DNA of 64,000 nt from Raja brachyura (lineage: Eukaryota): positions 14,632,001 to 14,696,000 of the forward strand of contig OY740817.1 of NCBI GenBank assembly GCA_963514005.1, written 5' to 3'. The number at the start of each line of letters is the position of its first letter. The first letter of the stretch is position 1. The notes below the pieces were generated by a model. It was not told the origin of the DNA, made no database searches, and worked only from the letters and a program-made list of their open reading frames with translations. Below, one piece after another: positions 23,966 through 35,120 of the stretch. Both the position numbers and the translations under genes were made by a program.

Positions 23966-25962
23966 GCCAATAGATTCAAATGACTATGGCAGGGGTGTGG
24001 TTCCCCTGTGGCAGGGTTCGTCACCAATTGTGGGCAACCCTCCAAGAGGACCCATGGTTGACTTATCATTCCAAGGACCACCGGATACCATGATTGCGTA
24101 GGCCAGTCGGGTATAATGAGGATGCCCTTGGCAGCATCGAGCTGGATTTTCCGCAATACCCGACTGATGAGGCAGAATGGAGGAAAGGCATAGAAGAACC
24201 ATTTCCCCCAGTCTAGCGAGAATGCGTCCATCGCCATTGCCCCAGGATCTGGCTCCCATGATACGTATGTTGGTACCTGATGGTTCAACCGTGACGCAAA
24301 AAGGTCAATATCCGGTTTACCAAATTTGGCTGTAATTTTGGTGAATATTTGGGGGTTCAACATCCACTCGATGTTGTCATTGAACTTCCGTGACCTGGTG
24401 TCCGCCACTGTATTGAGCTCACCTGGCAAGTAGGTAGCTGAGATCCAAATATTCCGTTGAATACACCAGAGCCAAATTGTGTTTGCCAATTCATTGCATG
24501 AAATTGACCTGGTACCGCCCATATGATTCAGATAAGCCACCGCAGTGGTATTGTCTATTTGGAGACAGACATGAGTGTTAGTCATGTTTGAACAATAGGC
24601 TCTAAGTCCGTGGAATGCTCCTAGCATCTCCAAATAGTTTATCCCTTGTGCTAACAACAAAGTAGCTTCAAGTGAATCCCATCTACCTCCACAACTGTTA
24701 TTGTTGTCTGTAGCTCCCCAGCCATGGGAGCTTGCATCTGTTTGCAAGTATACCTTTGGACGAGGCACAATGATGGGTTTAAATGAGTTATGGATATTGC
24801 CAATCCACCATAGTAACTCAAGTTTTGCCTTAACCGGCAACTGCATGGGTCTATCATAATGTCCAGCATTTAATTTTAATGCTGTTATTTTTGACCTTTG
24901 TAAATTCTGATAGTGTAAAGGTCCATATTGAGCAGCTGGAAATACTGCTACAATTTTGCCAATTACCCTGGCAGTTAATCTGATAGACGGTATACTGGCG
25001 CAGACCAGGTTCTTGCATGCTTGAAACACATCACCAACTTTGTTAGTTGGGATGGTGGTGATCATGCGATTGGAGTCTATTGTGAACCCCAAGTAGTCCA
25101 TGATCTGTGCGGGGAGGAACTTTGATTTGTCTGGATGGATTATAAACCCCATTTGTTGAAAAATTTCCACTGTGGCTGAAACCGCCAACTCTGCGGATTC
25201 CAGAGTGTGCCCAATTATCAGAATGTCATCCAAATAGGCCATGACCGTATGATTTTGTCTCCGCAGTGTAGATAACACTGGCTTGAGTAGTTTGGTGAAC
25301 AGTCTGGGGGCTGTAGTAAGCCCATTGGGCAATGCTTTGTATTGCCAAAGCTGATCCATCCAGGTAAACTTCAAGAACTTTCTATGATGTTTCCGAATGG
25401 ATACTGAATAGTATGCATCTTTTAAATCAATGCATGCCATGAAGCAGCCCTCCGAAATCAAAGATTTGGCTGTTTCAAATGTGTCCATTTTGAAATGGGT
25501 GTATTTTACAAAGGTATTCAAGTGAGTTAAATCTATAATGACCCGGCATCCACCGTCTTTTTTAGTTTTAGTAAATATATTAGACACAAATTCAACTGGT
25601 TCATGTGTGGTTCGTTCTATCACACCTTTGTCTTGTAAACTCAAGATTTCAGCATAGCCTTCTGCCAATTCTTTTTTGGAAAGTGCAAATTTGCGATTCG
25701 GCATATGCTGGGGTGGAGGCAATTGGCCATGAATAAACTCAATTTCATAACCCTGAATACTTTGCAAGATAAACTCATCTGAAGTGATGGTTTCCCAAGC
25801 CTCCTTAAATCCCCGTAATCTGCCCCCAATTCGTGAGGTTAGACATGCAAGTGCATGGAACCCAGACCCCCTTACCTTCATGGTTATCGGCGGTCCCTGG
25901 GATTTTTGGTGGGACGTGGAGGCGCTGGGTTTCGTGGTTGGTGCGGAATCCGCATCTTCCAT
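23953..25962 (-). CDS. DIRS ORF2 pol: RT - RNase H - DNA adenine methyltransferase-like domain
   Basis: 669 aa, open. IDLKDAY, LPNG, YLDD, TDAS, INYLE, DNTTA, DLFAS, YAFPPF. Confidence 0.95.
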   Translation of the reverse strand: MEDADSAPTTKPSASTSHQKSQGPPITMKVRGSGFHALACLTSRIGGRLRGFKEAWETITSDEFILQSIQGYEIEFIHGQLPPPQHMPNRKFALSKKELAEGYAEILSLQDKGVIERTTHEPVEFVSNIFTKTKKDGGCRVIIDLTHLNTFVKYTHFKMDTFETAKSLISEGCFMACIDLKDAYYSVSIRKHHRKFLKFTWMDQLWQYKALPNGLTTAPRLFTKLLKPVLSTLRRQNHTVMAYLDDILIIGHTLESAELAVSATVEIFQQMGFIIHPDKSKFLPAQIMDYLGFTIDSNRMITTIPTNKVGDVFQACKNLVCASIPSIRLTARVIGKIVAVFPAAQYGPLHYQNLQRSKITALKLNAGHYDRPMQLPVKAKLELLWWIGNIHNSFKPIIVPRPKVYLQTDASSHGWGATDNNNSCGGRWDSLEATLLLAQGINYLEMLGAFHGLRAYCSNMTNTHVCLQIDNTTAVAYLNHMGGTRSISCNELANTIWLWCIQRNIWISATYLPGELNTVADTRSRKFNDNIEWMLNPQIFTKITAKFGKPDIDLFASRLNHQVPTYVSWEPDPGAMAMDAFSLDWGKWFFYAFPPFCLISRVLRKIQLDAAKGILIIPDWPTQSWYPVVLGMISQPWVLLEGCPQLVTNPATGEPHPCHSHLNLLACRI

Positions 25963-27650
25963 GCTGGCCGCTGAGGGCCTAGTCCTAAAAAAGGCCTGGG
26001 CTGATGAGGCTGTTGATATTGAGGAGGTGCCGGAACGTAGGTCCTTGTTGGCCTGTCGGTTTGACCTCGTGGCCTGAAGTAAGGTGTCTTCTTGGCCGAA
26101 GGTCTGGCCACAAAATGTGGTCTCATCAGACCTATGGTTTTCGCATGGTCATCGAGCTCTTTGACCTGCTTTGGGAGGTCTTCCCCGAACAGCTGTCTAG
26201 GTGGGGGGGTAGGAGGTGCTCTGCATAGTCCCGCAAATTTGGGATTCAAGGAAGGTTTGATAATGCTCTTCCGGAAAGCGTTGATCTCGTACTGCGTATT
26301 GCAGAGCAGAGCTAGAGCATCCTCCTGTTCGGTGCTTAGATCAACCCCATCTACCGACTTTGCAAAAGCGGTGATCCCAGACGTAAGCAGTTTTAAAATC
26401 CTCTGCAGTTTCACTTCCTGCGCTCTGATGCCCGGGCTGATATTACCCCAGATTGGCATGTTCACAATCGGCACGTGGAGTGAATTGCAGTTCCCTGGAG
26501 CCTTGTGTCTCTCCATGGCCTTCGCAAGGACCTCCTCCTGCAATTGATGGTTGGTAAGATAATCTATGGTTGCGGCCAGTTTGATGTTGAGGGGTTGTCC
26601 TGATGATACGGGTAACCCGAATTTGGCTGCCACATCCAGCAGATCTTCCTGAGGGACCTCAGGTGCTGCTGGGGCATGTACCAGGATATCCTCCTCATCT
26701 GGTCTTATGTTGTCCATAGATGGGGACGGGGATATATCCATGAGTCCCCTGGAGCTGTGTGTGTCCTGTTTCTGATTGAGTAGAACTTGCTCCAATATCC
26801 TCTCCATACGATCCAAGCGCCCTTCATCGGGCGGGTGTGGGAGGTAAGAGGCCTCGTGCCCGAAGGAACTCCTGAGGCTTCGATCATCAGTCCGTACCTC
26901 GTCGAGGTAATATCGGTACTGTGATGATGTGTCGCTACCAGCCGCCTCGGCGAAGCTGAGCGATTCCCGCGCGGACCTGCTCGAGCGCCTCCTCTTCGCT
27001 GAGCTGGACCCGGCTGCCTCAAAGGGCATGGGTGGGGAGAGGTCGGCACCTGACGCCGCAGCGTGGTGACCCGACGTCCGCACGGGCTTGCCGACTGTCC
27101 TAAATCTGGACCCAGACGGCGTACGGTCCCGACCTGCCCCCAGCGGGGGAAGCGGTGACCTAGGCGAGGCTCCACCCTTGTGACTCCTCCTGGTCCCTCT
27201 GGGTGGTGAGTCGACACTGGCCCTTCTTGGTCTGCCAGTGGACTCGGGCCTGCCTGATTCACCAGACCACTTCCTAGTGGCTCCTGGTGAGACCTCAACC
27301 CGCGAAGGGCTAGGTAGTGGAATTGTATCCCTGCCTCCTTCAAGAGGGCTCAGGGAGAAGGGCCGTGCATCAGCACGCGAATCCCTTTTACTTGTCTCTG
27401 CAAACGACCCAGTGGGTGAGAGAGAGATGGAGTCAGGATGCACCTGCTCCGGCGCTGTACCGACTGATTGTTCTGCAGGTACCCCGCTAGGGCATAGCTG
27501 CGTCGGTAAACCGGATCCTGTGAATACAGGGCTCCCCGGCTTGCGCGCCTTCTTCCCGGCCCGTCCTCCTGCCGTGGAGGGGGGCTCCGGGTTGGGTTGC
27601 CGACAACTCCTTGCAGAAGTTTTACGGCCTTTACTTTTCCTACTGTCCAT
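25884..27650 (-). CDS. DIRS ORF1 gag-like protein
   Basis: Open frame 25884-27698 with first ATG at 27650 (MDSRKSK). Disordered N-terminus, helical core (PGNCNSLHVPIVNMPIW...LFGEDL), basic Pro-rich tail. Confidence 0.85.
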   Translation of the reverse strand: MDSRKSKGRKTSARSCRQPNPEPPSTAGGRAGKKARKPGSPVFTGSGLPTQLCPSGVPAEQSVGTAPEQVHPDSISLSPTGSFAETSKRDSRADARPFSLSPLEGGRDTIPLPSPSRVEVSPGATRKWSGESGRPESTGRPRRASVDSPPRGTRRSHKGGASPRSPLPPLGAGRDRTPSGSRFRTVGKPVRTSGHHAAASGADLSPPMPFEAAGSSSAKRRRSSRSARESLSFAEAAGSDTSSQYRYYLDEVRTDDRSLRSSFGHEASYLPHPPDEGRLDRMERILEQVLLNQKQDTHSSRGLMDISPSPSMDNIRPDEEDILVHAPAAPEVPQEDLLDVAAKFGLPVSSGQPLNIKLAATIDYLTNHQLQEEVLAKAMERHKAPGNCNSLHVPIVNMPIWGNISPGIRAQEVKLQRILKLLTSGITAFAKSVDGVDLSTEQEDALALLCNTQYEINAFRKSIIKPSLNPKFAGLCRAPPTPPPRQLFGEDLPKQVKELDDHAKTIGLMRPHFVARPSAKKTPYFRPRGQTDRPTRTYVPAPPQYQQPHQPRPFLGLGPQRPAWKMRIPHQPRNPAPPRPTKNPRDRR

Positions 27651-27883
27651 GTCTCTGTGGAAGAAAACACAATTATTCACACAGAACAACCAACTCAAGG
27701 TTGTTAGTACTTACCTGAGTGGCCCTTATGAAGGGCTGGTGATGAGCCGCGCTCCTCTCCAGCCGTCGACTGCAATGCGAGCGACGATATGCCGCGCATG
27801 CGTGCTGGCGGGTTCTTCACGAAGTCACTCACGTGACTCCGAAATGAAATAGAAGTATTTTAATTTGACATCCTTCCCCACAA

Positions 27884-28090
27884 GTGTGTGTGTGTGTGTG
27901 TGTACATGTGTGTGTGAGTGTGTGTTTGTGTGCGCGTGTGTGTGAGTGTGTGTGTGAGCGCTGTGAGTGTTGTGTGAGTGTGAGTGTGGGTGTGTGAGTG
28001 TGTGTGTGAGAGTATGTATGTGTGAGAGTTGTGTGTGTCGGTGTGTGTGTGTGAGTATATCTGAGTGTATGTGAGTGTGTGATGTGCAGA
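27884..28090. repeat. Imperfect (TG)n microsatellite
   Basis: TG/AG dinucleotide run next to a gap. Confidence 0.95.
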
Positions 28091-28537
28091 TGGGGGATTA
28101 NNNNNNNNNNNNNNNNNNNNNNNNNNNNNNNNNNNNNNNNNNNNNNNNNNNNNNNNNNNNNNNNNNNNNNNNNNNNNNNNNNNNNNNNNNNNNNNNNNNN
28201 NNNNNNNNNNNNNNNNNNNNNNNNNNNNNNNNNNNNNNNNNNNNNNNNNNNNNNNNNNNNNNNNNNNNNNNNNNNNNNNNNNNNNNNNNNNNNNNNNNNN
28301 NNNNNNNNNNNNNNNNNNNNNNNNNNNNNNNNNNNNNNNNNNNNNNNNNNNNNNNNNNNNNNNNNNNNNNNNNNNNNNNNNNNNNNNNNNNACGCAGTCA
28401 CAGGCAGAAGGTGCAAACGTGCAAACTCCACATAGACAGCACCCGAGGTCAGGATCAAAGCCAGGTCTCTAGTGCTGTGAGACAGCGGCTCTACCCGCTG
28501 CGCCATGGTGTGCCGCCCTGTGCCTCACCGTACTTGA

Positions 28538-28565
28538 CTGAAGAAGGATCTCGACCCGAAACGTC
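28538..28565 (+). ncRNA. Minimal hammerhead ribozyme motif in a Penelope-derived repeat
   Basis: CUGAAGA-A-GGAUC-UC-GACCC-GAAAC-GUC: core intact, one stem II mismatch. Confidence 0.6.
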
Positions 28566-29019
28566 ACCCATTCCCTCTCCAGAGATGCTGCCTGTCCCGC
28601 TGAGTTACGCCAGCTTTTTGTGTCCATCACATACTTGTGTATAAACACGGCTTCATCCAACTTGAATTAAAGATGGCCAATAAATACTGGCTTTGCCAGT
28701 TTTGCCCAAATCCTGAAAATGCAGAAACAAAAGCATTCGCTTACGCTGTGTGATTTTATGCAGAAAGCTTTGGGAAAACAATGCATTAATTTAAATTGTT
28801 TTCTTTACCACATCACTTCACTGCTCATCTAACCGGGCAGAACATAGAACAGTACAGCACAGGAACAGGCTCTTCAGCCCACAATGTTTATGCACAACAT
28901 GATGCCTAGCTGACCTGATCTGCTCTGCCTGCCCATGATCCATATCCCTCTGTGCCCTGCACTGCTATGTTCCTATCTAAAAGCCTCTTGAACCCCACTA
29001 TTGCAGTTCTGGTCGCCCC

Positions 29020-30802
29020 ATTACAGTTCTTCATTAGGATGGAGAGTGACATAATTAGTTCAGAAACAAGGGTTCTGAACTTAAAGAAAGGTAACTTTGA
29101 GGGTATGAGATGTGAATTGGCCAAGATAGACTGACAATTGATTCTTAAAGGGTTGACGGTGGATATGCAATGGAAGGCATTTAAAGACTGCATGGATGAA
29201 CTACAACAATTGTTCATCCCAGTTTGGCAAAAGAATAAATCAGGGAAGGTGGTGCATCCGTGGATAACAAGGGAAATCAGGAATAGTATCAAAACAAAAG
29301 ATGAAGCATACAAATTAGCCAGAAAAAGCAACCTACCAGAGGACTGGGAGAAATTCAGAGTCCAGCAGAGGAGGTCGAAGGGCTTAATTAGGAAAGGGAA
29401 AATAGATTATGAAAGAAAACTGGCAGGGAACATAAAAACTGACTGGAAAAGTTTTTATAGATATGTGAAGAAAAAGAGACTAGTTAAAACAAATGTTGGT
29501 CCCTTGCAGTCAGAAAGAGTTGAATTTATCATGGGGAACAAGGACATGGCAGACCAATTGAATAACTACTTTGGTTCTGTCTTCACTAAGGAAGACATAA
29601 ATAATCTGCCGGAAATAGCAGGGGACCGGGGGTCAAATGAGATGGAGGAACTGAGTGAAAACCAGTTAAGCCAGGAAGTGGTGTTAGGTAAATTGAATGG
29701 AGTAAAGGCCGATAAATTCCCAGGGCCAGATAGGCTGCATCCCAGAGTACTCAAGGAAGTAGCCCCAGAAATAGTGGATGCATTAGTGATAATTTTTCAA
29801 AACTCTTTATATTCTGGAATAGTTCCTGTGGATTGGAGGATAGCTAATGTAACCCCACTTTTTTTAAAGTGAGCGAGAGACAAAACGGGGAATTACAGAC
29901 CAGTTAGTCTAACATCGGTAGTGGGGGAACTGTTAGAGTCAGTTATTAAAGATGGGATAGCAGCACATTTGGAAAGTGGTGAAATCATTGGACAAAGTCA
30001 GCATGGATTTACGAAAGGTAAATCATGTCTGACGAATCGTATAGAATTTTTCGAGGATGTAACTAATAGAGTGGATAAGGGAAAACCAGTGGGTGTGTTA
30101 TATCTAGACTTTCAGATGGCTTTCGACAAGGTCCCACATAAGAGATTAGTATACAAACTTAAAGCACACGGTATTGGGGGTAGAGAACTGGCTAGCAGAC
30201 AGGAAGCAAAGAGTAGGAGTAAACAGGTCCTTTTCAGAATGGCAGGCAGTGACTAGTGGGGTACCGCAAGGCTCAGTGCTGGGACCCCAGCTATTTACAG
30301 TATATATTAATGATTTGGACGAGGGAATTGAGTGCAACATCTCCAAGTTTGCGGATGACACAAAGCTGGGGGGCAGTGTTAGCCATGAGGAGGATGCTAG
30401 GAGGCACAAGGTGATTTGGATAGGCTGAGTGAATGGGCAAAATGCATTGCAAATGCAGTATAATGTGGATAAATGTGAGGTTATCCACTTTGGTGGCAAA
30501 AACAGGAAAGTAGACTATAATCTGAATGGTGGCCGATTAGGAAAAGGGGAGATGCAACGAGACCTGGGTGTCATGGTACACCAGTCATTGAAAGTAGGCA
30601 TGCAGGTGCAGCAGCCAGTGAAGAAAGCAAATGGTATGTTAGCATTCATAGCAAAAGGATTTGAGTATAGGAGCAGAGAGGTTCTACTGCAGTTGTACAG
30701 GGTCTTGGTGAGACCACACCTGGAGTATTGTGTACAGTTTTGGTCTCTAAATCTGAGGAAAGACATTCTTGCCATAGAGGGAGTACAGAGAAGGTTCACC
30801 AG
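29020..30802 (+). mobile_element. CR1 LINE ORF2 relic
   Basis: PGPDRLHPRVLKE, QHGFTKGKSCLTN, FADDTK and LVRPHLEYC in frameshifted ORFs. Confidence 0.95.
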
Positions 30803-31011
30803 ACACGGGGGGGGGAGGTGTGGAGGGGGAAGTGGTTTAGGTGAGGGCAGGGGGTTTGGGGAGAGGNNNNNNNNNNNNNNNNNNNNNNNNNNNNNNNNNN
30901 NNNNNNNNNNNNNNNNNNNNNNNNNNNNNNNNNNNNNNNNNNNNNNNNNNNNNNNNNNNNNNNNNNNNNNNNNNNNNNNNNNNNNNNNNNNNNNNNNNNN
31001 NNNNNNNNNNN

Positions 31012-31029
31012 NGAGAGAGGAGAGGGGGG

Positions 31030-31068
<39 letters not shown>

Positions 31069-32990
31069 AGAGAGAAAGAGAGAGAGAGAGGAGAGGGGCG
31101 GGATGGTAGCCCGAGATACGGAGTGATCTGAAGACGGTGAAAAGCAGCGGGGGGACCAGCCGATCGTGGCTTCCGCCAGTGTGACAGAGCCGGGCCGTGG
31201 AGGACAAACGATTGTGTATAGGATCATGTATAGTAGAGAGGAGAGGGGAGAGAGGGAGGAAGGAGAGGGGATGAGGTGAGAAGAAGTGTGCCGGGGGGGG
31301 GGAGGGTAGAGGGGAGCCTTGCTGCCAAATGAAGAGAGAGAGAGAAGCAGCTTCAGACTCTGGAAACCCACAGCTGGAATGGGCGCGCAGGGCTTCACGA
31401 GCTGCACCAACAGTGATGAGATAACTCAGCACGTGGTCCTATAGCGGAATGGAGCGGTATGAGGAGAACTTATGAGTAGATTCAGCGCGTGAGGAGTTGC
31501 TGCCCCGAGATCTGTAGAACAAAGAAGCTATAGCGGAATGCAGCTGTAGAATGATTATTCTGCAGAACTTTCTCGATCTTTCTGCGCCTTTAATCCACAG
31601 CGGCGGGGGGCGGGGCCTGGTGGCAGGTGGGCATGTAATGGTGGGCATGTGGGCATTGTGACGTCAGTAGCTGGTGAGCAGCATTTATATTTTTTTAATT
31701 GAGTTTTGTGATCAATTTTATTCAAAATTTGGGAAATAATTGACCAAGGATTTCTGAACTCATAACTTAATTCCCCACCGAATTTGTAAAAATCTCTGCG
31801 TTTTTGCGTCTGGTTTTCGAGGAGATACGTTTCACATGCAAAATAACACACACACATCCACACACACACACACAAACACAGGTTTAATAGATACTAGACC
31901 AAGTGCAGACCCGTTGGGTCTGTTCCCCCAACGTGTGGTTGCGTGGGAGAGGGGGAGGGCTGGGGGGGGGGGGGGGCATGCACGTCACACACACTAACTA
32001 TCCCCCTGCACACACGCTAACTACCCCCTTGATAATTAATTTGCTCCGCCTACCCCAAAACCGCCCTATCCACTGACGCATAGCCCCAACTCACGGGCGC
32101 GTCTAGAGAGGGGGTGGGGGTAGAGAATGAGAGCAGAGAGAAAATGGGGCGAGACAGAGAGAAAGGGGCAGACACAGAAGGGCAAGAGACAGAGGGAGAT
32201 GGGGTGTACGGGAGGAGGAGAGGGAGGGTGGGGGAGGAGGGGTGAGAGAGATGGTAGGAGAGAGAGAGGGGAGGAGAGAGGGGGGAGAGAGGGTGCTGAG
32301 AGAGGGGGAAGGGAAGGGGTGAGGGGGGTAGGGAGGGGGAGGGAGGGGGAGAGGTGGGGGGAAGGAAGGGGGAGGAGGGGGAGGGGGGGTGAGGAGGGGA
32401 TTGTGTGGAGGGAAGGGGGTAGGGGAGGGGTGGAGGGAAGGAGGGAGGGTAGGAGGGACATGGGCTAGGGCAGAGATGGGGAAGAGTGTGGAGGGTGGGA
32501 GAGAGAGGGGGAAGAGTGGGGAGGGAGGGGGAGGGGGGATGGAGAGCGGTGGGTGCAGTCCATCTATTCCCCACTCCCTATCACCCTCACTCCTCTCCCT
32601 CTATTGCCATACTCTCCCTCCCTACTCTTTCCTCTCCCTCAATCCCCCCACTCCCCCTCTTCACCTCCCCAGGATCTCACCTGTCCACCGGATCTGCAGA
32701 ACTTGCTCGTTCGAAAAGGAGTCGGAGAGCCAAATGCCAGCGCTCGTCGGGGGGGGGTGTTGACATAACTCGGCATCGTGACGCCCGCAGCCGTTGATAA
32801 CCGCCAGCTGACAACAGCCCTTTAAAGCCACTAAGGCAAGATGCGTTCGCCCAGGAGCAAGCGTTCACAGCAAAGAAGCACCGGCTGATATTATAAAAAT
32901 CTCTGCGTTTTTGTGTCTGGTTTTCGAGGAGATACGTTTCACATGCAATGTGAGACACACACACACACAGTTTTTAAAGTATATAGAAGA
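31012..32990 (-). mobile_element. Two adjacent non-autonomous Helitron-like elements with purine-rich low-complexity interiors
   Basis: A|CTAG at 31894 followed by hairpin CAGACCCGTTGGGTCTG. Ends TATAGA at about 32987 and ATAGAT at about 31892. Shared subterminal block AAAATCTCTGCGTTTTTG...TTTCACATGCAA at about 31790 and 32896. Confidence 0.6.
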
Positions 32991-34077
32991 TGTGATATAT
33001 GATATATGATGATGTGAACGGTTAAATAAAAATGATAAATAACAAATGTAGAGTTAGGGGGTTATAGTGGATGGTGAGAGTGGTCGGCCCGTCGGTGGGT
33101 GCTGCGAGAGGTCGGGCGGGCTGTCGGACGGCCGGTGTTGCAGCGAGCGAGCGGGCAGTCTGATGGAGCTGGCGTTATGGTGGTGTTGAAGGCGGCCCGG
33201 GCAGCGTGCAGGGCAATGCTGCTCCCCACCATCATCACCACGATGATCGAGAAGGGCACGCTAGCCGAGGTGGACGCGCTGCGGGGCCACACGCACGGAG
33301 CCGGTGCCAAAGCGGCTCCAGCTCCAGCTCCAGCCCTGGGCAGCTATGGAAAGGGGGAGAGATAGGGTTAGGGTTAAGGTTAGGCATTTTCCTGTCAGTG
33401 GAAGATGCCTTAGCCTATCCCCAGCCTGGCACTGCCCCTGTCCCCCACTCTGCCCACTGGCAGTCAGTAGGGTTCAGTAAATGGGGGGAACCCACAGGAA
33501 CTGCCCTCACCCATTAATTAGGCTGGTTCAGGAGCCGGGCTCTGCAGCAGTCTCATTCAGAAAACTCTCACAATTATATTAATTATATTATTTTATATAA
33601 TTTAATTATACAAAATTATCAGTCATATTCGCGTCATATATATATATGACATATTAATACATGGTTAAAATAGACTGCAACCCGGAAATAGGCTCCCCAA
33701 GGCATGTAATATGGGCAATGGACACTGGATGGCACTTACTTTTTCTATCTCATTTTCTAATTAGTTTAATTAATTAATGTGCAACTTTTGGCACTGACGA
33801 GTTATGACTTCTTTCTCAATTATATATTATCTAAATCTGTGCAAAATTTCATGTAGTTCCGAGACATGGGTCACGAAAGCTGAGACACATTTCTGATGCT
33901 CGGCGCACAGCCTCTAGGCAGTACACAAAGTGTGGCCACGTTTCTGCTGCCGACAAAGATAGTCCGGTCTTATTTTCTCCTGGCAGCCCGTTCTCTGGGT
34001 CCTTCTTTGATCTCGGCGGTCCCAGCCGGGTCCTTCTTTGCTCTCGGCAGCCCCCACCAGAGGAAGTAACGTAACAT

Positions 34078-34302
34078 GTGAAGGAAAGAACTACAGATGC
34101 TGGTTTAATTTGAAGATAGAAACAAAATGCTGGAGTAACTCAGCAGGACAGGCAGCATCTCGAGAGAAAGAATGGGTGACGTTTCAGGTCGAGACCCGTC
34201 TGAAGATGTCTGAAGAAGTGTTTTGACGTGAAACATCACCCATTCCCTCTGTCCAGAGATGCTGCCTGTCACGCTGAGTTACTCCAGCATTTTGTGTCTA
34301 CC
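34078..34302. repeat. Palindromic Penelope-derived repeat with back-to-back hammerhead-like cores
   Basis: Arms AAAATGCTGGAGTAACTCAGC...GACGTTTCAGGTCGAGACC and CTGAAGAAG...GAAACATCACC...GCTGAGTTACTCCAGCATTTT. Confidence 0.8.
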
Positions 34303-35120
34303 TCCCAGTCTTTTTAGTTTGTTTAGCTTTTAATTTTAGAGATACAAAGCAGAAACAGACCCTTCGGCCCACCAGGTCCATGCCAACCAGCGATCACCCC
34401 GTACACTTGCACTATCAAACACACTAGGGACAATTTACAATTTTTACCAAAGACAATTAACCTACAAACATTCACGTCTTTGGAGTGTGGGAGGAAACAG
34501 GAGGACCCGGAGAAAACCCACAGGGTTAAGGGGAGAAAGTACAAACACCACACAGACAGCACCCATAGTCAGGATCGAACCCGGGTCTCTGGCGCTGGAA
34601 GGCAGCAACTCTACCGCTGCACCACCATGCTGTCTTCAGTTTTACTCAGATTTACCATGGATTCCTGTAACTGCGATTGTGAGCTAAAACCACTAGAGGG
34701 GGTATGTTACCCAGCCCTCAATATCTCCAATCATTGGTTCCATTTTACGCTCTCAAACTATCCTGAATAAAATCAGTAATCCCAATTGTATGTTGGCAAT
34801 CATCATTTGAATGATGCCTCATCAATAATGTTAATGGATTCAATGATTGCATTTCAATTATATCAATGATTTGGATGAGAACATACAGGGCAAGATTCGC
34901 AAGTTTGCAGATGATGGAAAAGAAGGTGGTTTTGCAGTGAAGATGGTTGTGAAAAATTGCAGCAGGAACTTGATGGATTGGCCAGGTGGGCGGAGGAATG
35001 GTTGATGCAATTTAAAGCAGAGAAATGTGATGTCGTGCATTTTGGGAAGTTTAACGTGGGCAGGACCTACACAGTGAATGGTCGGGCTGTGGGTAGTGTT
35101 GTGGAGCAGAGGGATCTAGG

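Larger units (their letters stand above)
22492..27852 (-). mobile_element. Full-length DIRS1-like tyrosine-recombinase retrotransposon with intact ORFs
   Basis: ITR core TTCGTGAAGAACCCGCCAGCACGCATGCGCG at about 22564 is inverted at about 27793-27823. The ICR at 22719-22830 is complementary to both termini. Three uninterrupted ORFs. Confidence 0.97.

Noticed and set aside
22976-25962. Prophage integrase plus methyltransferase, or bacterial contamination
   Set aside because: RT, RNase H, MT and YR with ITR and ICR is the canonical DIRS1 organisation.
26092-27852. Plus-strand ORFs overlapping DIRS gag
   Set aside because: These are antisense shadows of a GC-rich coding frame with no recognisable motifs.
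27829-28644. His/Thr-rich and X-containing ORFs
   Set aside because: They arise from a (TG)n microsatellite and an assembly gap.
30515-32797. Long Pro/Leu/Ser- or Gly/Arg/Glu-rich ORFs
   Set aside because: They are translations of purine-rich low-complexity DNA and N gaps.
33363-33385. Interstitial telomere or fusion site
   Set aside because: Only 3-4 imperfect TTAGGG units, which are common inside transposon-derived sequence.
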